Below are positions 12,023 through 24,220 of a DNA stretch of 64,000 bases, piece by piece. The notes beneath the pieces were generated by a model. It was not told the DNA's origin, made no database searches, and saw only the letters and a program-made list of their open reading frames with translations. The DNA is taken from the NCBI GenBank assembly GCA_046563655.1, contig CM102290.1, positions 12,710,001 through 12,774,000 of the forward strand. The letters run 5' to 3'. Position 1 is the first letter of the stretch; each line of letters begins with the position of its first letter. The translations under genes were made by a program, and so were the position numbers. This DNA is from Yuukianura sp. NJ FZ-2021 (lineage: Eukaryota).

Positions 12023-15000
12023 GAAAAAATCACGGGCTTTTGAATTCGTATCGTTTGGGCAGGTTTTTAAGGTTCAACAAACCGGGAAGAAGAGGCCCGA
12101 GAGAAATTCAATTTATTCGAAAGGCGGATTTGGAGCGAAAGTGATGTGTCCACCACTTTGGCACTTCTAGTTCACCCAATCCCCTAATCTTGGGTTAAAT
12201 TGATCCAAACGAGGACACAAGAAACTTGTTGCCCCAAGGTCCTCGCTCTGATCAAACAAGATGTAGTAGGAGGTCAAACAAGGTCACGCGCCTTACGCGC
12301 GAAAGAGTTTCTCTCTACCAAAGTCTGGTCAAGATTACTCATTCTCCTGTGAAATGAAAAGCGGCGTGTCCTCTAACCTGTGTTTTGTTTGGAATCTCGT
12401 CGACTGATGTGGAATTAATATGGAAGGATTGGATATGTTGTGCACATGGGACTTGACAAGTTCTGATCCTGATAAATATTGGAGTGACAAGTAAGACAGA
12501 TTCTGAGGCATAACGGAAATTGAAAGGAATTCTTTTTCTGTTTTCCAAAAATGAGGCGGAACAACACTTACTGCCACTTTGGCCATTGAGACTGACGCTG
12601 ATAAAATATTCCATTAACAATTCCTGATGACATTCCACAAATTGTCAACGACGTCTTCTTTTACTTCCAAACTCTCCCGCGCCTCTTCTTGTACTTTTCA
12701 AACTCTCCGGCCTTCACACTCAACAACAAACTCAAATGGAGTCGTTGAGACAGTTTCCGTGCAATGGCAACAACAACGACTTTGAAAGACACACGGAACT
12801 ACAGAATTGTTGAACACAAAGTGGCACGGCGGTGTTTTTTCTTGAAAATCAGACGTCGCAAAAATATTTTATACATCGAGTGAAGCTGGTTTCGATTTTT
12901 TTTTTGCCAAAATTTTTGTCTTCAGTACTTGTGAATCGTCGATTCTGTTAATCTCGGTTAATTGCTTTGGGCAATGTTAGATTAGTTAATTGCTTTGCTA
13001 TGTTAGATTAGTTAGGTATATTAAAGTTATAACTAAATATTCAAAAGTTTACAAATTTTCGCAACAAGGCTTACAATTCCTTGAATTCACCCGTTTTCTC
13101 GTTTTTTTGAAAATTTGCGTTTTTTTTAGGCCGCCGTCGTTTGAACTTGGAAGCTTTTTTTTTGTTCTTTGGATCTAAATGAGGCCATTCCGGAATTGCA
13201 TTGGAAGTGGAGTATGGAATCGACATGAAAGGAGAAGACAATGGTTGGAAGTGATGGTCTTTGGGCGGGAAATGGAAGTGGATCCCATCGCTTGAAGTGA
13301 TTGCGGAGCAGTTGCAGAGGACGAATGTATTGGAATGTGCTGGATGGTCTCTTGAAGAAGCGATGAGAATAAGACAGGAAATCCTCAAATCTTTGTCCCC
13401 CAGCAACCTTTCCTGGATCATAAAGCAGAGAAAGTGGAGGGGAAAAGTGGGCTACAATAACATACACACACATAACCTAAAACCCACCCACATAACGTAG
13501 CCCACCTCCCCACGCCTCTAGTGCAAAATGAAAAGCTGGAGAGAGAGGTCAAATAAAAGAGAGGCTTTAGACCAGGGTTTATTGCTGATTAGATTTAGGA
13601 AATTGTCCTTTCAAAATTTTATGCTGCCCTAGACAAGAAGCGACAAAAGGCAATTTCTGCATTTTTATTTTTTCCAAACGGCGGTTTCCAAAAGAAAAAG
13701 TGCCGTAACTCGCATTGGTCAGAAACGTTTCTTTTCTATTACTACTCCATTCAATTCTTACTACGTACACACTTTTTTTGTGGTTCTTGCAAAAGTGCGT
13801 TGCAAAATTCACAGTTTAAGCACTTCAACAATTTTTTCGTAAATTCAAATTGTATTACGCTATTGAATTTGAAAGCACAATTTAAAGCAAAACTTTGAAC
13901 TGTGCCTAGCTTATTTTTTGAATTGTGTTGCTAAATTCATATCAAATTGAAAATAACCGGTTCCATAGTTTACAAAAACATAAAGGAAGATTCGGGCTGG
14001 AAACTTTGAAAGTTGCTGTGCTAAATGAACCCACTTTACTACAGCAAAATTTGGGCAATTGAGTCTTGTTTAGTTAAATTTCAAAATTTTGAAGTTTCTT
14101 TCTCAGGTGAGGAAGTACGTTATAGGTTGGATGTGCATGTACTTTTTGTTTTTATTATTTTTAGAACAAAGAAGTAGAATCAAACTGTTTTAGTTTCTAA
14201 GCGGCTTAATTTTCTATTATTGATTCAATCTTCTTTTAAATGTAAATGTTTTCAAAATATCTAAAAACTGGAAGGATTAAGAACCCAAAATTATGATTCT
14301 TTGTCTTGTTAAGGTGTGTTCATACATTCTCCTTAATCCTCCTTTCTTATCTTACGTCCACCGACAGTCCACAACAAATGGATTGTTCTAGAAAGAAAGT
14401 TACTATAAACCATAACTAAACTAAACAGTGTACTACTATATAGTACTGTCTATAGGCAGGTGCCACAACCTAGAACGTGTCGCTAAGTCTAACAGATTCA
14501 ATTTTTTTAACATGTTGAACAGTTTTATGATCAGTTTTAAATTTCATGAAAGCAGAGTAAGAAAAGTACTTAAAAGCTCATTCTTATTCCAATTTTGTGT
14601 GGCGTGTGTCTGTGCTCCCTGGGGAAAGCGGCTTTTGAACAGGTGAAAGTGGAGTTAATTGGTTCTCAAATGTTGGTTGATGAGAATTAGGCCACTTTCA
14701 CTTTCTTCTGTATAAATTCAGCTTAACTCCTCATGAAGTTTGGGTTATAAAGTTAGGTTAGGCTAGAAGGAATTAAGGTTATGGAGTTAGAGGAGAAGAC
14801 TTCGGATTAAGTGCGGATTCGAGTCACAGCATTCTCGGTTTCTATAATTAGTTTCCTTACTTCAAAGGGAGAGAGGTCTTCATTTTAATCAAAAAACTAA
14901 CGCGGGAATCAGAATCCTATTATGGAACCACAGAATCCCAAAACCTTTCACTTCCACAGTCAGTTTGGCTTGTTCCAAGAGAAAAGGAATCCGGATGTAA

Positions 15001-16564
15001 CTTTCATTCCAAAAACGAATCCTACATTCATTCAAGCACTAAACTCTACCTTTGCGGTGGGCAAATGAAACTCAAACAAGAATTTAGCAAGAACCTTAAA
15101 TGAGTTTTACAATTTTTACGTCCTGAGGCAACCCAAAGAACGAACAGTCCAAGTTTAAATGAAATTTCAAACGAATCGTGTCTTTGAAACTTTTTTTTGT
15201 GTAAACAGTTTTACTAAGCGACGACACTCAACTTAAAATTGAAACATGGAAGCAACTGGTTAAAAATAGAAGTTAAAAGTGCTGAAATTTTGTCTCATTC
15301 TAAAAACGGAAACAAAAGTGTTTTCAAGAAATGCGATTTGAATAATAAGTTATGCGTATCCTATCGATTAGTTCGCAATTATAATGCGTGGGACTTAAAA
15401 GTTTTGATTTATGTTCAGCTCAAACTCTACAAACTTTTTTTCCTTTTAAAAGTGAAGCGCTAAGTTCCTGCCAACTTGTTTAAAAATTCTGCACAGCTAC
15501 ATTGTTGCCAGGATTGAAAATTTTGAAAACATTTTTCACGGCACAAATTTTTATAACAACTCCAAAAAACTTCTTAATAGTTTTTCATTGTATGTCTGTC
15601 TGTCCGTATGTCATAACAAACTTTAATGTGAAAAGCTGAATCAGTTTATTTTTTTCTTATATCAGTAGTGTTATGGCGTTGTACCGTTAAACATATCGAT
15701 GACCCGAAATCGTATAGGTCAAGGTCATCCACTGTTTCTATATGAAAGGTCAAACATAGGTTCACATGAGCTTTCAGTACTTGTTTACATACTTTTTCAA
15801 CGTTAAGACATGAATGACTAGTGAGTGCTACTACATCTCAGGAGAAAAAGTTTTTCCGCAATTAAAAACTATGTGGCCGATCACAACTTTTACTTCGAAG
15901 TTTCTGACACTCAGAGGACACTTTTATTTTTTGAAACATTTTCTTCTTGTTCAGAATTTGGAAAACTTTGTTCATTGGGACTCCGTGTCTAATGGATTGA
16001 GAGCAGGGTTTGTTTAACTAATTTTTGGTAGAGTGGATTGTAGGACAATGGGACACGGGAGAGCTATTGGGTTGGAAGTGAAAGTGAAATAATAGGAAGA
16101 AGGACATGGTTCTAATCTAACCTAACAATATACTATGTAATCGTATTCCTCAACTTTCGTCCTTGTAAACTTGTACATTAACCCAAGAAAAACAGAACTT
16201 TCTCCAGGGATCTTTCATTAAGATCCTACGTTCTCAATCTGTCTTTTCAAACTTTCCTTTCCACTCACCAGGGTCAAATATCTCCATCCTTCCAACAGCA
16301 ACCGTCGCCTCCACTTAATTTTTGCATCAACAAACATCTGCCTACTTCTCAAAATGGATTTTTTTTAGAAGCATTCTGTTACGGAGACTGAATTAGATAC
16401 AACACATTTTAAGTGCAATTAGCTTCCAGTTCAAGCCACACTAAAAAGCTCCAATTAGCATGAGAGAAAAAAGTATAACAAAAAAACAGGAGTGAAATGT
16501 AGTGAAAATACTTAAATTTATAAACTGGCGAAAAGTGTTTGTTTTGCACTTACTGGGAGTTTAG

Positions 16565-16950
16565 TGTTTTGTTTTCGCGCTTATTGTAATTTTTGTTTTC
16601 TGATTTTAGCTAATATTGACAGTCGGATGTTTTGTTTTCGCGTCTATTGTAATTATTATTTTTTGGACTTTAGCTAATATTTACTTTCGGATGTTTTGTT
16701 TTCGCGTGTATTGCTTTCCATGATTTCTAATTGCCGGCGTATTGCAATTAATAACGCATTTATATTTTTGAATTTGGATCACTGTGATCTGCTTGTGTTC
16801 GTATTTTTGTGACAATTGCACATTTTATTGTCATTCACACCTTTGTTGTTTCTTGTGATTGTAGTTCGCTGGTTCAGATTTCGCAGGTATTGTAATTTCC
16901 ACCTTTTGTTTTCGGACAAATTGTAATTAGCTGTTTTTGTTTTCGTTTGT
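16565..16950. repeat. Degenerate ~62-bp tandem repeat (TGTTTTGTTTTCGCG..TATTGTAATT)
   Basis: Three clear units at 16565-16715, decaying downstream; a similar motif occurs near position 88. Confidence 0.7.
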
Positions 16951-18109
16951 TTTGTGTTTTTAACTCACACAATGTGCTTCAAGTGATTTTTTCAGTTTCT
17001 GAAGATATGGCCAACTATGTTAGAATAATTGCAATGCTCAAAGTAAAAAATTTTCAAAAATTTCTGCTGGAATTGAACGACAAAAGTTGACGTTATGAAA
17101 AATGTACCATAAAAAACGAAACTGCTTTTGCAGAACAATCGTCAAATGATTTTGGAACATAAACGGAAGTAGGCATTTTTGCTTAATACTTTAGTACTTA
17201 CGAGCTTATTCATGCGAGATAAACGCTTTTTCTTGGATTTTATTTTTATAATGCGAAAACAGCTAAGTTCTGGTTTTCAAAACTTTTTTTGCAAAAACTT
17301 GTCTCAACCGGAAACGGATTTGCGAAACTACAGACATTCAATTTTACTAAAAAAAACCCAGTGTATTAAAAAGTACTTGTAATAGAAAGTAGCACGTTTC
17401 AAATTTTGAATTTTGTATGTGTGTGTTAGTTTTCAGTGTGAAGCTTCGGAATCTGCTTTGTGAATGATATGTACTGGAAATGCGTGTTCAACTACCGTAT
17501 TTCCATAGTTTTTGTGAGCAGTAAAACAACAGTTTGTGTTTATGCGATTTTATTTATTCCTGTTTATTTTATTTTTTGGAAAGGACAACAGTTATTGTTG
17601 GAGTGTAGAGAGGGGGGTGTCCGTTGAACAGAATTATTTAGTGGGTGGCCCTTAAGTGTATCTCTGATGAGCAATTTGGGCTACTCTGTCTTTCACCAAA
17701 TCCAATGGTTCTTTTGTTGGACAGAGTAAATGGTGCAGAAGATGGTTGGAGCATCACTTTGACCCAAACAGGGACACAGTGTGTCAGAGCGCGTTTGTTC
17801 AAACCGGAGCGACACTTTATGCCGCACTGATTCTTTCCCTACGGTGTGATTCCGCTCCGAACGCACAAAACGCTGTAACGGCCTCCATGAATGATGGTCT
17901 GGAAAAGCGCGGGAGTTTTTTTAGTTTAAAAAAAGACGAAAAGTCAATTGTTTTATTACATTCTTCACACTTGACGGCAGTTAACGTAACTCACACTCAC
18001 CTACATGAACATTTTATGCAAACATTTTATTTACTACGACAAAATATTCAGGTTTGAGAAGAAAAGAATTGTTTTGATTCGAAATTATTCAAAATTTCAC
18101 AGATAAGAC

Positions 18110-18136
18110 GCGTCCTATATACGAGAAAATACGGTA
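18110..18136. mobile_element. Isolated Tc1/mariner/pogo-type TIR end
   Basis: Reverse complement reads TA|CCGTATTTTCTCGTATATAGGACGC. A weak possible partner TACCGTATTT lies at 17493. Confidence 0.4.
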
Positions 18137-19016
18137 TTTAAAAAATAATTTTTTCTTAAATAACTGAGTGCATATAAGGTCAAAGTAACTTTGTTTTTAA
18201 CGCAAAAAAAAACAAGCTGCGGAACGAGAATTTGAGCACTTAAGAAAAGCGTAGTAAAAATTTCAAGAAAAGTCGTCGCTAACTTATAAGATAGAATGAA
18301 GACAAAGTTTTTTCTTCCAATTTTTGTGTTTTAGTCAAACTCTGGTTGGAGCGGGGAAGACTTGAAAATTCAAATTCAAACGGAGGAGAAAGCAGCAAGC
18401 CTGATTGACTTGGGAATAACTGGGAGAAAGTTTTCCTTTCTGCGTCTTCCCTCCTTTCCATTTCCACAGATAATCAGGTTTCCATTTTCACTGTCACATT
18501 CAGTTTAGAGAGCGCTAAAAGCTCTTCCAAGGAACATACTATTATTAGACTCCGCCAACTCTTATGCAATTAACTCCCAAATCTTATTAAGTGTCCAATC
18601 CATATTTCCATCCACTCGGATGCTTTGGTTCTACCAGTTTTAGTGTACATGAGCAGAAGCAATTTCACCGGAGGCGAGACTGCACCAGTCCCCCTGGAAT
18701 TTTGAAATTTCCGTTTCCGAAATGCAGTAGTTTTAAAAATTTTGAATTTTCCCGCCTCCTCCCTCCGTCTTCTCGTCTAGACTTCCACTCATGTTTTGAT
18801 GCGGGAATTCCAGGGATTGACAAGGAACCAACTTTGGATTCTTTAGATTTGACTCATCTTAAGCCCCGTGAGCACCGTCTAGACAAAAGCGGCTTGAATC
18901 TTGTTCTTGAGCTATTCGCACCATTCCAGCACTCTAATGGGCGGCAAATTATGAACCACTCTAGAGGAAAAAAGTCACAAGGTTAATGTACATGACTGTC
19001 GATACCGTATTTCCTC

Positions 19017-19233
19017 CAAGGTTCCTTGACAACATTTGAATTTCCTACAACAGGTTATTCAATAATTCGCGGTTTTCAAAAATCTTTTAACACCAATTTA
19101 AGCGCTAATCCCATTTACATTACGTGCAAAAAATTACCATAGAAAGGCTGATCTACTTTCAAACAAATTTTAAAACTCCGAGTTATTGGACAACCTGGTG
19201 TAGAAAAAGTTTTTTTTTTGTTTACGAACCTTG
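19017..19233. mobile_element. CAAGGTT-MITE subfamily A
   Basis: TIRs, subterminal IR; perfect 9-bp TSD TATTTCCTC. Confidence 0.92.
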
Positions 19234-20169
19234 TATTTCCTCTCAAATTAGGTAAGCAGTATTTGTGAAATTTCAGAAAACTAGGATTTGGAACAGAATT
19301 TTTTTTTTACAAACTTTTACAAGCTGATACAAACTAAGTTGGATTTCTTATGTCGATAGGAGTGCGGTTTGCTAGTATCCGAACATAAGTGACTTGTCAC
19401 GATTTGAACCAGAATCTATTCTCTGCTTACATATCTCACTTCTTACACAGATATTTTGAAAGTAGAAGGTTGAGAGGGGCAAGGAAAAGCGAATTGGGAA
19501 ATGACAGGGCTTTTACGACGAGGTTTATGGGTTCGGATGGAGTTTGTGCATAGGAAACTGAAGCAGAGAAAAGTTACTTCCTGAACGTTTTTTCAGAAAC
19601 GGGATTTCGTGATTCCCGTCTTCCCGTTTATGACTAGGAAACGGTTGAGCCCTTGCCGCTCCTCAAGTGGTGTGAATAGGGTGCTCTGGATTTTTATGCC
19701 CAAATGCATCCTGGTACAATGTAACGTTCAATACATAGTCCATATCCGGACAAGAAGGGAAGGGCCCTTTGCAAAGGACTCCATCCGAAGCGTCAAGGAC
19801 GCTGTCTGATAAAACCAACCCAATTTCACTGGAACTGTTCCAAGTCAATCACACTCCTCCAGAAAACGGACACAAGTACACTCTGTTTGCCTATTTAGAA
19901 AGAAGCATGTTCAACACTGAGAGCTCCACTTGGTGTTAACATTATAGTCCGGATGCATTACACGCTAACACATCAAAACGCATACTTACTTTCTCCAAAA
20001 CTTTAAAAAGTTCCGGCAAAATGCGTTTATCACACTCAAAATACAGAATCAAAACATTTACTACCTATGTGTAAAACATTTTCAAACAAAAATTATTCTT
20101 CACAAAAAGCAGCAGATCCAACACAGTGTTGGTTTAATTCCAAAATTCAAAAAATATTTAACCTTCATC

Positions 20170-20401
20170 CAAGGTTGGTAAACAAAAAAAAACTTTGCAT
20201 ACACCAGGTTGTAAAATAACTCAAAGGATTAAAATTTGTTTGAAAGTAGGAAATCTGCTTTCTATGGTAATTTTTCCTTGTAATGTAAATGCGGTTGGTG
20301 CTAAATTGGTGCCAAAAGGTGTTTGAAGCAATATTTTTGGAAACCCTGAGTGATTGGACAACCTGTTTTAGGAAATAGCATTCGGTTGTAAAAGAACCTT
20401 G
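20170..20401. mobile_element. CAAGGTT-MITE subfamily A
   Basis: TIRs; TSD CCTTCATC/CCTTCGTC. Confidence 0.9.
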
Positions 20402-21342
20402 CCTTCGTCAATGTTCCACACTACCAGCTTCTGAAGCCCACATTTTTCGAAAAATGAAAATTTCAGTTTGAATTTGCCAGAAACCCAGAAAATCTTGAAA
20501 TCGTGAGTTAGATGAGCAGAGTGACACTGTCTGGCCTGGGTCTAGATTTATTTTATTAAACTCCTCGCCGAGATTTTCCTCGACGTTTCATCAGTTTTGC
20601 CCCGCTTTTCCTGAGCCAAAGAAAACCGACATAAAGTGAAAAGCTTTCTTGTTCTGGCCAAAAGAAAAGAGAAAGTCCAAGAACCGTCTTTTTTGGATAA
20701 TCCGAAACCTCCCCATCATCCTTCTCTGCCTTCCGCATCCTAACCGAAGCCAAGGTGACGGATTGAGTAATATGACCTATACATATCCTCCCCCCTCAAG
20801 TGGAACTGGAAACTATGGCTCCTCTGCCAAAGCGATAAACGTTATAAATACTCTCTCTAGATCTAAACTTAATGAGTTTTGAGAATCATTTGGGAGGGAA
20901 GAATGGAGGTTATTACCATTGGGAGCAGATGGGAATCCGGTTCTGAGTATTATTCTTATTGAGGCCTTATGAGAAAAATCTTATTAACCTTCTCCGCCCA
21001 TTCAGAGAGAGAAAGAAGCGGCAGGGGACTGCGGAAAACATGAAATAATGCTCTTGCGCAGAAAGATTCTTATTAAGTTTTCTTTGTTTGGAAAATTCAA
21101 AATTGTTGGTGAAAAGAACGGATTTCCATGAAAAAAAAAGTGCAAAGAAAGCAGCAGTACGTTTGGTGAGAGGAATTATGATTGCCAGTAAAAAAAAAAT
21201 TATTACGCTTTTATACAATTCATTCTACGCAGGCTAAATTTTCAGCACTGATTTGAACCGGTTTGTATCCGTACCGGTAAATTTCGAAAACCAAAACAGC
21301 CGTTTTTTTTTTTTCAAAAATTTCTGAAAGGTATGTAATTTT

Positions 21343-21567
21343 CAAGGTTCGTAAACAAAAAAATGTTTTTTTCCTACACCAGGTTGTCCAGTAACTCGAA
21401 CTTTTAAATTTTGTTTAAAAACATCAAAATTCTTTCTTATGGTAATTTTTGTATGTAATATAAATGGGATTGGTGCTAAATTGGTACCAGAAATTGTTGA
21501 AGCCAGATAACCCTAGTTACTGGACAACCTGTTGTAGGAAATACAAATCGGTTATCAAGGAACCTTG
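21343..21567. mobile_element. CAAGGTT-MITE subfamily A
   Basis: TIRs; perfect 8-bp TSD GTAATTTT. Confidence 0.92.
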
Positions 21568-22620
21568 GTAATTTTAAATGTAATTGGAAATCGCAGATTG
21601 GACGTGAAAGTTTTCTCCCTGCGCCATGATATTGACTGTCCATTAAGATGTGCGGGAACTGTGTTCTAGATTTGAAATTTATAATGGCCCACCGAGTCTA
21701 CGTTGAATGGATAGAAATGGACGTATTTATGCCAACATCGTTAGATTGAGGGCACTGAATTCCTTTAGGCACGACCATTTTGAAACAATTTCAAAGGAGG
21801 TCAAGTACTCCGTACATCTCTTGCCCCCGTCCGCCCCAATAAAACTTCCCAATTATTTTGAGTACAACGAAGGAATGAAGAGGTTTCCAGACGGACATTG
21901 GATTCAAAGCTCAGATTTACGCAAGATCACATAAATCTCCATTCAGGTTCAAAATTTCCCTCCGTTCAATCCCACCGAGACACGGAACCATAAATTAATG
22001 AATATTTATCTGTTCGTCCTGTGTACTGAGAAGGTAATGCTGCGGAGACCTCTGAAACATAGTTAACCTAACATAATGCGGCGCAGCAAACCATGTGTTT
22101 CTGACTTCGACCGATTTTTGGTGTCAGAATCCATGTCACGTTTTGGAAAAAAAAACTCGAGACACCTTTCAAACCCACTTTGACTCTTCTCACGTCCTTG
22201 TATTTCACCGAGCATTTTCAAAATCAAAGCGATTCCAAAATTTTTATCTTAAAACTTATCTTTTTCATGCTTACCGCAGAAATACCAATTCCTGACGCAA
22301 AAGCTTTTGTACCAACAAGTCTAATATGCTAGTTAGGCTAGCTTCTTCATAACCTGACAATTTTTTAAAACCTAACGTAATATGCCTGCCATCAACTAAA
22401 AAATGGTAGTGATATTAAATTTTCGTATTAGTTAAGTTTTGTAAGGTGTCTGATTAGGCAAGGTGCGTTACCTAATTCCAGGTTAGGGTTGGATTATGGT
22501 CGGATTGGGAATTAGACCAGATTAGCAGTTCGTAAGCTTAAGCTAGTAGTGTCTGCTGAAAATTCCAAAACGAAGCCTCAATTTCAAAAACATTTAAAAA
22601 CTGGTCCTTGGCGTTGGATC

Positions 22621-22694
22621 GTCGACTTTGGTTGAGCTAACATCGCCTAACTTAAGCGTCGACTTTGGTTGAGCTAACATCGCCTAACTTAAGC
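22621..22694. repeat. Perfect 37-bp tandem duplication
   Basis: GTCGACTTTGGTTGAGCTAACATCGCCTAACTTAAGC x2. Confidence 0.97.
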
Positions 22695-22914
22695 CTCCCG
22701 TTTGTAAATTTTACGATGTGTTTTACGTCTTTACGGTTTTGAGTTTAGAAATCCATCACAACTTCCCGTCGAACATATTGAGCATTCCTATTCCTGCTGT
22801 CCAAAATTTTTTCTACTTATTTCATCAAAATTGGCAAAAACGTTGTTTTTTTTTAAAACAATTAAAAAAAACCGTAAAAAGTATTTGATGAGGCAGATTC
22901 TTGGGTGCCCCAGC

Positions 22915-23183
22915 CAAGGTTTGTTGACTTTGATTTTCTTTAACAGGTTGACCAATGCCTCATGTTTTTTTCAATTATTGTGCAAGAAAAAAGTTTCTTT
23001 CAATTTCCGAGCATTGTAGTCATACCAATATACTGCCAAATTTTTGAAATTTTGCATATGAATTGGTACCAATTATTTGGATTGGATAAGATAAACGAAA
23101 ATTGGTTCCAATTTTTTTGCAAACAAGCTAGGTAGTACTCAACCTGTTAAAGAGAATTAACTTTTCGTTGTCAAGGAACCTTG
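22915..23183. mobile_element. CAAGGTT-MITE subfamily C
   Basis: End CAAGGTTTGTTGACTTTGATTTTCTTTAACAGGTTG; degenerate TSD GCCCCAGC/GCCTCCAGC. Confidence 0.87.
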
Positions 23184-23980
23184 GCCTCCAGCCCAGGTTG
23201 ACCTGTAAACCTAGAGAAATTGAACACTTTTTGACTTCAATTCTCACTGATCCGTTGATCTTGCATACTTTTCCCAAGTAATTTAGTTTCCATTTCTCAG
23301 TGCCAAAGTAATCAGTACTGATTTTGGGTAAGCAGTGACCCGGTGGATTTCGACTTTTGGAGAAATTGCGTGGACAGTACTTGAAGAAAGTGCATGTCAG
23401 AAACCTCAGTGACCCTCTAATATTTATGATTACTTCCAAATTACACTTTCCGTTCCCATGTGAATCCAAAGGAAATTCTGTATGGACCTCTTAAGACAAA
23501 GTCAGTAGAGAAGATCTTAGTTTACCTAAAGTAACCTGGACCTCGTGGAAACACAGTAGGAGTTCTGGAATCAAGATTTATTTCCTTCATGAATATTAAC
23601 CACGTTTTGGCATAAGGTTTTAAGGTCCACCGAGGTTATACGGAGGTCTACCGATGAACTGAGCATAGCCTAACTTACTTCACTCGTGTCTAAATTCAAA
23701 ATTGAAGATGGAGTGTGACATATGGAGCAATCCATATGTCGACACAAAAGACTATTCTTAGGGCAAAGGAGCAACTACAAAAACTATCTCTTTGTCAAGT
23801 TGAGGAGAAAGTGGGGGCGGGAAAAACTAAACAAGGCAGTAGCAGTGTCTTAAACTTTTGCGCCAAATTTGAACTGTTACGTTTGTTTATATACGCAAAA
23901 GTTTTGTAAGCTAAACACAAACTTTCTCTGCTTTCTTTGCCGCCCAGTAAAAACGTTATTTCTTTTGGATCACAAAGCTT

Positions 23981-24220
23981 GAAGGTTCCTTGACAACAAA
24001 AAATGAATATTCTTTGACAGGTTGAGTACTACCTCGCATGTTGACAAAAAAAAAGGGAAACAACAAAAATTGGTACCAAATTCGTATGTAAAATTTAAAA
24101 AATTCGGCTGTATAGTTATGACTACGATACCATGAAATGAAAGACACTCTTTTTTCACAAAATCGAAAAAATATGAGGTATACTCAACCTGTTAAAGAAA
24201 ATCAAAATCAACAAACCTTG
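23981..24220. mobile_element. CAAGGTT-MITE subfamily C
   Basis: Homologous to the 38195 copy; terminal C mutated to G; TSD not recognisable. Confidence 0.85.
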
